Positions 49,144-58,977 are shown, numbered from the stretch's first letter. The stretch is 64,000 nt of DNA from Candidatus Latescibacterota bacterium (GCA_965205975.1 OZ242195.1:2176001-2240000), one strand, 5' to 3'. Notes: generated from the sequence alone by a model not told the origin. Made by a program: numbers and translations.

Positions 49144-49178
49144 TTCGTCTATTCGTTGATTCGTATATTCGTCGATTC
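49144..49178. repeat. Octamer tandem array (attcgtnn)x4
   Basis: gttcgtct attcgttg attcgtat attcgtcg att next to the stop of the minus-strand gene. Confidence 0.7.
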
Positions 49179-49445
49179 TTAAACCTGAGCTTCACCGTAA
49201 AGATCAATGCGGGCGCGGAGGGAGGGTTTGATGAAAACATCATCGAGGGGCAATTGAGAAAAAGCGTGTGCGAGAATATCGACCTGCGTGGGCACATCGA
49301 GGCGGTAATCGAGAATCAGGCGCTGTTCGCCGCGCACCACACACAGGCCACCTGTACCACCCATGAGATCTTCGCGGAATAAGGGAATATTCAGGCGATG
49401 AGCAAGGGCTTCAAATTCTTGGAGAAGTTGGGAATCTGTCATCAT
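49179..49445 (-). CDS. Conserved-looking hypothetical protein (88 aa)
   Basis: GGLC.V.GE...I.D..L motif and LDDVFIKP.LR; plausible composition. Confidence 0.65.
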   Translation of the reverse strand: MMTDSQLLQEFEALAHRLNIPLFREDLMGGTGGLCVVRGEQRLILDYRLDVPTQVDILAHAFSQLPLDDVFIKPSLRARIDLYGEAQV

Positions 49446-49548
49446 GTAAAAATTGGGAAAGAAACTGGAGGAAAGTCACATCTGATATTTGCAAATATAG
49501 CGAAAAAAAAGAAATGCACAACTGGATCGGCGAAGGTCGGTCCAGTTT

Positions 49549-51168
49549 TTATGCAATAATATGTTCTTTGATATATTCTTTCAGGGCAGATAACGTATTT
49601 GCATCCCCCGGCAAGAGCGGAAGGCCGCCAATGCCATGGGAAAGACTGGTATAAAAAGCGTGGGTCTGATACGCGGAATCCACCTGAGCGGGAAACAGAA
49701 CAACAGCACTTTTGAGAATGCGTTGAAAATCTGTATCTATTACCTGGCCGATAGCGTCCCGATAAGCGTGCATCTTATCAATATCCTCGCGCATGGGAAT
49801 CCACGTCCCATTGTAATCTTCGCGGCGATATTTGGCGTCAAATGCATAAATAGCGCGTTCCCTACTGGATTTAGACATTCCAGCACATGCATTCGAGTTG
49901 TTGATCTCGATAATCATATCGGGTCTCAGATCGTGGGTGAGCGCGCGTCCCGACGAAGTAGTATAGGTCATATTGTAGAGACAACGGATGCGGCACTCGC
50001 CGCGCTGAAGATATATCGCAGAGGCTTCGCCCTGCGTGGGAGAAACGCTCAAACCTCGGTTGGTCAGGTGAAAAAGGTTATGGTCGCGGGTCGGAACAAA
50101 GCCGACATCACACAAAGTGTGAACGAGCGTAAAATAGACCCAGTATTCGTAAAGAGCGTGTGTATCGCGAAAGGACAGATCAAATGGGCCACCCGTACAG
50201 GGCGCGAGCGCGCGATTGAGATCTCGGATAAGCGCGAAAGCTGTCTGGTAACGCACATCGACATGAACGGGCAAAGCGTCATCGCGTCGCGCAGGTGGCA
50301 AAGGGAGCAAACGCAAGCAGCGATCCACGTATATTTTCAGGCGATGTCCCAGATCGGTATGTGCAATAGATCTCGCGCGCAGTGACAGACGCTTTAAGCG
50401 TGCAACGAGATGGCGATTGAGCGATGTATCAATACCGGAATGGCGATGGGTCTCGCGCAAATGCGTACAGACGACATCGTCCGCTATAGGCAAGTGTGGG
50501 AGATCGGTTCCGCTATGCGTCCAGAATTGTGGCGAGCGAATCATATCGACAATCGCATCGGGGTCGCGGCCCTGTGCGCGATCAACCGCGCGGATGCTTT
50601 GAACGGTTTTGAGACGGCGATGCGGGCGTTTGAGAATCGCCTGTAAAGTGCGGAAGAGTTGATTCAGAAGACGATCCAGCACTTGATGAAAATCTAAATT
50701 GCTACCCCTATCATCTATCAGACGAGTCGTAATACGGGTTTGATCGGGCAAAAGGTAAACGAGTTCACGGCTGATGCGCTCGAGATCGGCGCGCATGATT
50801 TGATAATCGGTTTCGTAGTCGAGATGCGAGGGGCGCACATCGAGTTCGACATAGAGCAGATCGGCATCTTCTGAGCGAATGCAAAAACGGATATGTCCCG
50901 GATGATCGCCCGTAGCGAGCCGTCCCCACAGCGCGTACCCATCGCGGAGAAAACCGAGAGCCTCAGCGGGTTGATCGTCGATATAGACCGAAATATCTTT
51001 CTCATTGAGCGGACGAATGAGGCAGTTGCATTCGGTAGCTTCAACCAGATGGTCAGCAATTACATTACCCTGCACCGGAGAGAGCAAAATGCGGGCGTGT
51101 TCATTTTCTGCAACAAGACCATCGGATGTTTTCGAAAAGGAAGCGCGGATGTGTTGACCTGAGTCCAT
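49549..51168 (-). CDS. DUF2357 + PD-(D/E)xK nuclease (McrC-like)
   Basis: LDYETDYQ.M..DL, DT..NR, LYEYW.Y, RPD...FDAKYR, DIDKMHAYRDAI, IGGLPLLPG. Confidence 0.88.
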   Translation of the reverse strand: MDSGQHIRASFSKTSDGLVAENEHARILLSPVQGNVIADHLVEATECNCLIRPLNEKDISVYIDDQPAEALGFLRDGYALWGRLATGDHPGHIRFCIRSEDADLLYVELDVRPSHLDYETDYQIMRADLERISRELVYLLPDQTRITTRLIDDRGSNLDFHQVLDRLLNQLFRTLQAILKRPHRRLKTVQSIRAVDRAQGRDPDAIVDMIRSPQFWTHSGTDLPHLPIADDVVCTHLRETHRHSGIDTSLNRHLVARLKRLSLRARSIAHTDLGHRLKIYVDRCLRLLPLPPARRDDALPVHVDVRYQTAFALIRDLNRALAPCTGGPFDLSFRDTHALYEYWVYFTLVHTLCDVGFVPTRDHNLFHLTNRGLSVSPTQGEASAIYLQRGECRIRCLYNMTYTTSSGRALTHDLRPDMIIEINNSNACAGMSKSSRERAIYAFDAKYRREDYNGTWIPMREDIDKMHAYRDAIGQVIDTDFQRILKSAVVLFPAQVDSAYQTHAFYTSLSHGIGGLPLLPGDANTLSALKEYIKEHIIA

Positions 51169-51221
51169 TGTTCACGTAGATTTCAAAAGGGTTTATTTTT
51201 AACCATTTCAAGGAGGGTGTC

Positions 51222-51521
51222 ATGGCTGTTGATATTACTATAAAAAATATGCCGTCTAATCTCTACAAAAAATTGAAGGCACGCGCCACTGCACACCGTC
51301 GCAGTGTGAATAGCGAGGCAATCAATTGCTTAGAGAAAGTCTTGAATCCTCAGCACGCAGATCAGAATTTACAGGATCCTCCTGATAATCTCGATAATCC
51401 TGATCAAACGGAAGAATTGCTGGCCAAGATCAAGGACCTGCACAAGCGCGTTTCCCCTATTCCCCCTCATTTTTCGACGGATGAATTTTTGAGAAAAGCA
51501 AAAGAAGAAGGTCGTCCATGA
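51222..51521 (+). CDS. Arc/FitA-like ribbon-helix-helix antitoxin
   Basis: ITIKNMP..LY..LK.RA..HRRSVNSE; ends AKEEGRP overlapping the toxin start. Confidence 0.88.
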   Translation: MAVDITIKNMPSNLYKKLKARATAHRRSVNSEAINCLEKVLNPQHADQNLQDPPDNLDNPDQTEELLAKIKDLHKRVSPIPPHFSTDEFLRKAKEEGRP

Positions 51522-51958
51522 TTGTTGCAGACACGAATCTTATTGCGTATCTCACCATTCCAGGGGATAGGACAACACTTGCAAAACAAATTTTACAAAA
51601 AGATGCAACTTGGGTTGCCCCGCGGATGTGGCAGAGTGAGTTCCAAAATGTGATTGCGATATATCTTAACCAAGGGTTATATACGCTGGATGAAGGACTT
51701 GAATTTATTCAGACAGCTAAAAATTTAATGCGACACGGTGATTATCAAGTTGCATCTGAGCAAGTTATTCGCCTTGCCCATCGTTCAAAATGCTCCGCCT
51801 ATGACTGCGAATTTGTTGCTTTGGCTCAAGATTTAGGCGTGCCTTTGGTTACATCAGATCGAAAAGTCTTAACGGCTTTTCCCGAGATAGCGGTTTCACT
51901 TGAAGATTTTTTGGTTGATGAAGAAAATAAAAATGAAGAGGAAGAGGAGGAGTTGTGA
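51518..51958 (+). CDS. vapC: VapC family PIN toxin
   Basis: MIVADTN, SE..N, SAYDCEFVALA..L..PLVTSD. Confidence 0.9.
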   Translation: MIVADTNLIAYLTIPGDRTTLAKQILQKDATWVAPRMWQSEFQNVIAIYLNQGLYTLDEGLEFIQTAKNLMRHGDYQVASEQVIRLAHRSKCSAYDCEFVALAQDLGVPLVTSDRKVLTAFPEIAVSLEDFLVDEENKNEEEEEEL

Positions 51959-52593
51959 TTCGTGCAATCTTATGGGATAACGATGGCGTGCTGGTGGATA
52001 CCGAAGGTCTGTACTTTCAGGCGGGACATGAGGTATTGGCAACACAAGGAGTTGAACTAACACATAGAGATTTTGCCGAACAATCGCTACAAAAAGGGCT
52101 GAGTGTATTCGATTTTCTGCCCGATCAAAATGCTGAATTGATCGAGCAGTTGCGCTTGAAACGCAATGCGCGGTACAGCGCGTTATTAGCCGAAGGCGTG
52201 CAGGTCGTGGATGGCGTGGTCGAAACACTCAAAACTTTCCATGGCCGCGTAAAAATGGGCATTGTAACGGGTTCCCGCAGAGATCACTTCGACATTGTCC
52301 ACGCAAAGACGGATTTGCTCCCATTCTTCGATTTTGTGCTGGCAAGAGAAGATTACCGAGAAGCAAAACCACATCCAGATGCGTATTTGACGGCCATGAG
52401 ATTGCACGGGCTACAACCCGATGACTGTGTAGTTGTGGAAGATTCTGAACGCGGATGTGTCGCGGCAGCAGCGGCTGGTTTGCGCGTGCTCGCCGTGCCA
52501 AATGCATTGTCGAAATACGGAGACTTTTCATCCGCGTACAAAATACTGAACTCAGTGCGAGATGTCGTAGATGAAATAGAGAAGTTGGATTGA
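51955..52593 (+). CDS. HAD-superfamily phosphatase (beta-PGM-like)
   Basis: WDNDGVLVDTE, KPHPD, VEDS..G. Confidence 0.9.
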   Translation: MIRAILWDNDGVLVDTEGLYFQAGHEVLATQGVELTHRDFAEQSLQKGLSVFDFLPDQNAELIEQLRLKRNARYSALLAEGVQVVDGVVETLKTFHGRVKMGIVTGSRRDHFDIVHAKTDLLPFFDFVLAREDYREAKPHPDAYLTAMRLHGLQPDDCVVVEDSERGCVAAAAAGLRVLAVPNALSKYGDFSSAYKILNSVRDVVDEIEKLD

Positions 52594-52635
52594 GTCTATT
52601 TTTCTGTTCATAACAAACAAAATGAGGAATGTGTG

Positions 52636-54708
52636 ATGAGTGAATTAAAAAACAATCCCCTGCTGGTCAAAGAGGGATTGCCGCGGTACGACAAAATTGA
52701 GCCAGAGCACATTGTACCGGGCGTAAAACATATGCTATCAGAAGCAGAGAAACAGATTGCGGCATTGGAGCAAAACATGACCCCATCGTGGAATGGGTTG
52801 CTTGCTCCCCTCGAAGAACTCGACGTCCCCTTTTCTTATGCCTGGGGACCAGTGGGCCATTTGCTCAGCGTAAAAAATTCCGATGACTTGCGCGAAGCAC
52901 ACGAGGTAGTCCTGCAAGACGTCGTGGCATTTGGTCTGCGCGTACAACAGAGCCGTCCCATTTACGAAGGCCTGGTGGCAATTCGAGACGGCGAGGAATG
53001 GGCGAAGTTAGATGAGGCTCAAAAGCGATGTATCGAGCTGAAAATTCGCACAGCCGAACACGCCGGAGTGGGATTAGAGGGCACAGCAAAGGAACGCTTT
53101 AATGAAATCGCCAAAAAATTGTCGCAAATCAGCACAGATTTTTCCAACCATGTGCTGGATGCGACCAAAGCTTATGAACTAATTATTGAAAATAAAAAAG
53201 ATACGGAAGGCTGGCCGAATAGTTTGCGACAAGTGACCGCGCAATCTTATGCACAGGCCAATGAAGGCAGCGAAGCCACACCGGAAAATGGCCCCTGGCG
53301 TATTACACTGGATTTCCCGAGCTTTTATCCCTTTATGCAACACCATCGCAGGCGCGACCACCGCGAACAAGTGTACAAAGCTTATGTCCAGCGTGCATCC
53401 TCTGGCGAATGGGACAACAGCGACTTGATAGCGCGCACCTTAAAATTGCGCAAAGAGCAATCCGCACTCCTGGGTTTTGCGACCTATGCGGACAGGAGCC
53501 TGAATGTCAAAATGGCCCCCGATGTGGCATCTGTCGAGCGCATGATCGGCGAATTGCAAGCGGCTTCGCAGCCCCATAGCGAAAAGGATTTCGGCGCGCT
53601 GGAAGCACTGGCAAAGGCAAATGGTCAGGAAGAACCAGTCATGCACTGGGATACATCCTTCTGGTCAGAGCGGTTGCGTGAGCAAAAATTCGATTATACC
53701 GACGACCAGTTGCGCCCTTATTTTCCACTTCCCAAAGTACTCGATGGCATGTTTGCATTGGCAGAACGCCTTTTTGATATTGAGATCGCGCGAGCAGATG
53801 ATGAAGACGCGCACAAATGGCATGAAGATGTGCAGTTCTTCAAAGTGCTCCGTGATGACGAGCGCATAGCATCGTTTTATCTGGACCCCTATTCGCGTCC
53901 GGCTGAAAAGCGCGGTGGCGCGTGGATGAACGACTGTCTGGGACGGCGATGGCTCAACGGCGAACTTCGCTTGCCCGTAGTACACCTCGTGTGCAACGGC
54001 ACGCCACCTGTGGGAGACACGCCATCGCTGATGAGTTTTTCAGAAGTGGAAACCCTGTTCCACGAGTTTGGACACGGGTTGCAGGGCATGTTGACAACCG
54101 TTGATTACGCCGATGTAGCGGGCTTGCACGGCGTGGAATGGGATGCCGTAGAGATTGCCAGCCAGTTCATGGAAAACTGGTGCTACCAAAAGCCCACACT
54201 GATTGGAATGACCGCACACGTAGAAACGGGTGAGCCTTTGCCAGATGATCTATTTAAAAAAATCGTCGCCGCACGCACATTTCAGGCGGGATCTTTGATG
54301 ATGCGCCAGTTGTCCTTCGGAAAAACGGACATGCTGCTGCATTCCACCTACGATCCAGATGGCGAAGAAACGGCTTTTGATGTAGAGCGCAGGATAACCG
54401 AAGAAATGTCCGTATTGCCCCCCCTACCAGAAAGCCGCTTCTTGTGCTCATTCTCCCATATTTTCGCCGGAGGCTATGCCGCCGGGTATTACAGCTACAA
54501 GTGGTCAGAAGTACTGAGCGCAGATGCATTCGGCGCGTTTGAAGAGGCCGGACTGGATGACGAAGAAGCCGTAAAAGCAACCGGACGCAAATTCCGCGAC
54601 ACAATTCTCGCCCTGGGTGGCAGCAAACACCCCATGGATGTGTACCGAGAATTTCGCGGGCGCGAACCGAGCACAGAAGCGTTGCTGCGACACAATGGCC
54701 TGTTGTAA
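52636..54708 (+). CDS. prlC: Oligopeptidase A (M3 family)
   Basis: NNPLL start, KRGGAWM, FHEFGH, EWDAVE, FSHIFAGGYAAGYYSYKW. Confidence 0.9.
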   Translation: MSELKNNPLLVKEGLPRYDKIEPEHIVPGVKHMLSEAEKQIAALEQNMTPSWNGLLAPLEELDVPFSYAWGPVGHLLSVKNSDDLREAHEVVLQDVVAFGLRVQQSRPIYEGLVAIRDGEEWAKLDEAQKRCIELKIRTAEHAGVGLEGTAKERFNEIAKKLSQISTDFSNHVLDATKAYELIIENKKDTEGWPNSLRQVTAQSYAQANEGSEATPENGPWRITLDFPSFYPFMQHHRRRDHREQVYKAYVQRASSGEWDNSDLIARTLKLRKEQSALLGFATYADRSLNVKMAPDVASVERMIGELQAASQPHSEKDFGALEALAKANGQEEPVMHWDTSFWSERLREQKFDYTDDQLRPYFPLPKVLDGMFALAERLFDIEIARADDEDAHKWHEDVQFFKVLRDDERIASFYLDPYSRPAEKRGGAWMNDCLGRRWLNGELRLPVVHLVCNGTPPVGDTPSLMSFSEVETLFHEFGHGLQGMLTTVDYADVAGLHGVEWDAVEIASQFMENWCYQKPTLIGMTAHVETGEPLPDDLFKKIVAARTFQAGSLMMRQLSFGKTDMLLHSTYDPDGEETAFDVERRITEEMSVLPPLPESRFLCSFSHIFAGGYAAGYYSYKWSEVLSADAFGAFEEAGLDDEEAVKATGRKFRDTILALGGSKHPMDVYREFRGREPSTEALLRHNGLL

Positions 54709-54716
54709 AGTTAAAA

Positions 54717-56006
54717 ATGAAGGAAATCATAATGTTCGAATTCATTTACGACTGGTTACTCAGCCTGGGCACCGAACCAGAGATGGCTCAAAATTGGACC
54801 GCACCACTATTGGTGGGACTGTGCATTCTGGCACTCAGTGTGATTGCCGATTTTATCGTAAAGCGCATAGCTCTGCGAACGCTAAAGTACGTAATAGAAA
54901 AAACGACAACACCCTGGGACGATGCATTTGTGGAGCATCGGGTTCTGGATCGGTTGGCACATCTGGCCCCAGCAGTGGTCATCTACCTTTTGGCCGATTT
55001 GCCATTTGCGGGAATGACAGAAGCAGACCGGGATTATTGCGTAGCAATTGTTCGGGATGCCGTGCAGATTTTTGTCGTAATCATCAGCATCTGGGTGGTT
55101 GCGGCATTTCTCAATGCCGCGCTATCTGTTTATCAGACATTTGAGATCTCCCGCGAAGTCCCCGGCAGGGGTTTTGTGCAGGTCTTGAAAATACTGACGT
55201 ATTTTGTAGGCGGCATTTTGATTTTGTCAATTTTGTTAGATCGCAATCCCGTATATTTCCTGAGCGGATTGGGTGCATTGATGGCCGTGTTTTTGCTGAT
55301 ATTCAAAGACGCCATCCTGGGACTGGTCGCGGGCATACAACTGAGTGCAAATAAAATGGTCGCCGTTGGCGATTGGATTGAAATGCCGAAATACGGCGCA
55401 GATGGAGATGTCATTGAAGTGGCATTGACCACCGTAAAAGTGCAAAATTGGGATAAAACAATCTCTACGATCCCGGCGTATGCATTGATCAGCGAATCGT
55501 TTAAGAACTGGCGCGGCATGCAGGAATCGGGTGGCCGTCGGATCAAGCGATCAATTTTAATCGATATTCAAACAATCAAATTTTGCGACGAAGAGATGTT
55601 GACGCGATTTTCAAAAATCAAATACATCGCTGCCTATATCGAACACAAGAAAGACGAACTCGCAAAATTCAACCAGCAGCAAGAGGTAGATGAGTCGAGC
55701 CTGGTAAATGGACGGCGCATGACCAACGTGGGCACATTTCGGGCATACATCGTCGCGTATTTGAAAAATCATCCAAAAGTCAACCTGGACATGACGTTTT
55801 TAGTGCGACAACTGCCGCCACAAGAACACGGCTTGCCAATAGAAATTTACGTTTTCTGCAGCGATACGGTATGGGCGAACTACGAAGCGATTCAGGCGGA
55901 TATTTTCGACCACATCCTATCCGTAGTACCCGAATTTGACCTCAGTGTATTCCAGGCACCAACAGGACATGATTTTAAGCACCTCGCTGAAAAAAATGAA
56001 AACTAA
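54717..56006 (+). CDS. Mechanosensitive channel, MscS family (YbdG-like)
   Basis: GDWIEMPKYGADGDV, VKVQNWDKTI, NWRGMQESGGRRIKRS. Confidence 0.9.
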   Translation: MKEIIMFEFIYDWLLSLGTEPEMAQNWTAPLLVGLCILALSVIADFIVKRIALRTLKYVIEKTTTPWDDAFVEHRVLDRLAHLAPAVVIYLLADLPFAGMTEADRDYCVAIVRDAVQIFVVIISIWVVAAFLNAALSVYQTFEISREVPGRGFVQVLKILTYFVGGILILSILLDRNPVYFLSGLGALMAVFLLIFKDAILGLVAGIQLSANKMVAVGDWIEMPKYGADGDVIEVALTTVKVQNWDKTISTIPAYALISESFKNWRGMQESGGRRIKRSILIDIQTIKFCDEEMLTRFSKIKYIAAYIEHKKDELAKFNQQQEVDESSLVNGRRMTNVGTFRAYIVAYLKNHPKVNLDMTFLVRQLPPQEHGLPIEIYVFCSDTVWANYEAIQADIFDHILSVVPEFDLSVFQAPTGHDFKHLAEKNEN

Positions 56007-56018
56007 CTCACTTGTCTT

Positions 56019-57164
56019 ATGTCAGACCAACTCAAAAAACGCAATCGCGAACTCTCAATCCTCAACGCGATTGCCCATGCACTCAACCAATCCGTCAATC
56101 TCGATCAAGCCCTCGAAACGGCACTTGAAAAAGTAGCCGCACTGCTCGGCTTGAGCACGGGTTGGATCTGGCTCATGCACGAAGACACACACCAACCCTA
56201 TCTGGCTGCCGCGCAAAACCTGCCCCCCGTACTGCGCGACAACCCCAGTAAAATGGGCGGCTGGTGCTATTGTCTGGACACGTACGAAAAAGGCGACTTG
56301 AAGGGTGCGGCAAACGTGAATGTCGTGGCCTGTAGCCGCCTGAAAGGACTTGTAGAAGGCACAGATGGCTTGCAGTATCACGCGAGTATCCCGCTGTACG
56401 CGCAAGACAAAAAAGTGGGCGTATTAAATGTGGGCAGTGTCAAATGGCGAGAACTCTCGGATGAAGACCTCCGCTTGCTCAACACAGTGGGCGACTTGAT
56501 GAGCATTGCAATAGAACGCGCGCGTCTATACGAAAAAAGTATTGAAACTGGTGCAGTAGATGAGCGTTTCAGACTCGCGCGGGAATTACACGACACCCTG
56601 GGACAGAATCTGGTGGCTATCTTAATGCGTCTGGAAACTCTGGATGCCTTGCTCGACGGCAATACAGATCGCAAAATCCTGTCCAAAACCGTGCGCGATG
56701 CCATAGCTCTGGCGCGCGATAACCTGGAAGATGCGCGTCGGGCAGTGCTGGATTTGCGCGCTGCCCCACTTGAAAATCGCACATTGATTGAAGCGCTGGA
56801 AACTCTGGGACAAAATATTGGCGGCGCAGCGCGTGTACGCGTAAAAAGTATTGGCGAACATCCCCTATCCGTCAGAATAGAAGCGAGCTTATACCGCATG
56901 GCACAAGAGGCGTTGAACAACATCGCGCAGCATGCAGATGCCCAAAAAGTCCTCATCGAACTGACGTCAACACCTCAATACGTCCAACTCGCAGTCGAAG
57001 ACGACGGTCGCGGATTTGATCCGGCAAATGTGCGAGAAGATCGACACGGCCTCATTGGCCTGAATGAGCGGGCGCATTTGCTGGGCGGTTTATTCGCAAT
57101 TGAAAGCGCGCCCGACCACGGCACGCGTTTGGAAATCCACATCCCCCTGGAGCGCGAGATATGA
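56019..57164 (+). CDS. GAF-domain sensor histidine kinase (HisKA_3)
   Basis: GAF region; ERFRLARELHD, QEALNN..QHA, DDGRGF, GL.G..ER. Confidence 0.92.
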   Translation: MSDQLKKRNRELSILNAIAHALNQSVNLDQALETALEKVAALLGLSTGWIWLMHEDTHQPYLAAAQNLPPVLRDNPSKMGGWCYCLDTYEKGDLKGAANVNVVACSRLKGLVEGTDGLQYHASIPLYAQDKKVGVLNVGSVKWRELSDEDLRLLNTVGDLMSIAIERARLYEKSIETGAVDERFRLARELHDTLGQNLVAILMRLETLDALLDGNTDRKILSKTVRDAIALARDNLEDARRAVLDLRAAPLENRTLIEALETLGQNIGGAARVRVKSIGEHPLSVRIEASLYRMAQEALNNIAQHADAQKVLIELTSTPQYVQLAVEDDGRGFDPANVREDRHGLIGLNERAHLLGGLFAIESAPDHGTRLEIHIPLEREI

Positions 57165-57781
57165 GCACCCCCATTCGCATTGTCGTTGCAGACGATCATC
57201 CCGTTGTGCGCGATGGCCTGATTGCCATGCTACAGACCCAATCCGATTTTGAGGTCATAGGAGAAGCTGGCGATGGCGCAGAAGCCTTGCACATGGCCGC
57301 CGAACGCACCCCCGATGTGCTATTGCTCGATCTGGAAATGCCGCGCGTAGATGGTATAGAGACGCTCCAGCGACTGGGAGAACTGGGAAGCAACGTGCGG
57401 GTAATCGTATTTACAGTCTTTGATACGGACGAGCGCATCGTATCGGCAATGCGGGCTGGCGCAAAAGGCTATTTGCTCAAAGGCGCACCCCGAGATGATG
57501 TGTTTCGCGCCGTGCGCGTTGTGAACGAAGGCGGGTCCCTGCTCGAACCCCTCATCGCTTCCAAGCTATTGGACAGCGTGAACAACCCCGATGCATTGAC
57601 CGCACGACAAAAAGAAGTGCTACACCTGTTGGCAACGGGGCTATTGAACAAAGAAATCGCCGACCAACTCAACATTTCCGAACGCACGGTAAAATTTCAC
57701 GTCAGCGAAATCCTGGGCAAACTCGGCGCAGGCAACCGCACAGAAGCCGCTGCAATTGCGATGCAGAGAGGACTGATATAG
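57161..57781 (+). CDS. NarL/LuxR family response regulator
   Basis: ADDHPVVR, LLDLEMP, GYLLK, LTARQ.EVL, ISERTVKFH. Confidence 0.95.
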   Translation: MSTPIRIVVADDHPVVRDGLIAMLQTQSDFEVIGEAGDGAEALHMAAERTPDVLLLDLEMPRVDGIETLQRLGELGSNVRVIVFTVFDTDERIVSAMRAGAKGYLLKGAPRDDVFRAVRVVNEGGSLLEPLIASKLLDSVNNPDALTARQKEVLHLLATGLLNKEIADQLNISERTVKFHVSEILGKLGAGNRTEAAAIAMQRGLI

Positions 57782-57929
57782 AACTGATAATTAATATTAG
57801 AGATAGAACTTGCTCCTCTTTTCGCTTCAGGAACGCTACCGAGACCCGGAGTATCAGAGACGGTTTTCGGATTGCCCGGTCTTTTTAGTCCCTGATTCTT
57901 TAATTTTTTGTCTTCAAAAGGAGAGAGAC

Positions 57930-58974
57930 ATGGTCAGATTGATAGTCATATCCACACTTATGATAGCAACGGTAGCTTCTGCCAACCCCCCAGATACTTC
58001 AGTACATAGAACCCGAAGAAAACGATGACGAAAACTTCAAAAAATGGACCTATTCGGTGATACGCCCGTTTAAAAAGGATTCATTGATCGTTCTGCTTGA
58101 GATACCCGAATGCACATACGTTAGCCTTAAGTCTCCTAATTCAGCTACACTGCAACAGGAGCGATTAGATGGAAACTGGTTAGAGCTCACTTTCATTGAT
58201 ACCACGGATACCACGGATACCACGGATACCACGGAAAAATCAAAAAAACAAAAATTTACCTTCGAAGTCATAGATTTGCGAAGTATGACAATGGATGGCA
58301 AAATCAAATGGACTACCAAAAACCCTAAAGGCAAAGGGAGAATATATGGTCCAACGGTTCTGTACGATCCCAGTTTGATTCGTTTTATCTTTACAGTGGG
58401 TATTAGCTATAAATACGACGATTTCGTCAACTTCAAGACTTATAACAACGTCTTGTTGGTCAAGAATGACAGTAGATTGCGGCCTTCAGCTGTCATCGGC
58501 TTCTTGATAAAGCTCTTCGACTTTCAAATGAAAGGGAAGAAGACAGTTGACCTCCTGCTATCATTCGAATTCGCCCAGGATACCTCAAACATCTTGGATG
58601 GTTTTTTTAGCGGCGTCGGACTTGGTTTGAATCGATACTTCGAAATCTTTGGCGGGTTCTCGTTCCGCACCGGGCAAGAAATAAGCTTTGGATTTAGGCA
58701 AGCAGCAAAACAACTCTCGGAGGAAATAGAAGCACTACCAAGCACGACAGATGAAAACAAAAGGATTCAGTTGGATTTCGCCCGCTTCAAAAATGAAACC
58801 GACGAATACTTTGAAACCGACAAGTACTATGATGGATTATCAACCATCAGTCCCATAACTAAGGAAACATTTTTTCCTGGCTCGCCTCTGACCAACAGCA
58901 CGAATAAGGCCATAGTATTCGGGATCGCAATGCCCTTAGATATTTTAGATATAATTCGAAATAAGAACCAATAG
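57930..58974 (+). pseudogene. Frameshifted secreted hypothetical protein (signal-peptide ORF 57930-58028 + ORF 58057-58974)
   Basis: AAGGAG RBS and signal peptide at 57930; the +1 frame is open from 57976; removing one C from C6 at 57986-57991 fuses the two. Confidence 0.65.
58198..58235 (+). repeat. 9-bp tandem repeat (gataccacg)x4
   Basis: Perfect copies encoding DTT x4. Confidence 0.9.
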
Positions 58975-58977
58975 GAA

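Noticed and set aside
49636..50385. 249-aa plus-strand ORF
   Set aside because: Antisense to the DUF2357 nuclease; not a hidden McrB because it has no Walker motifs.
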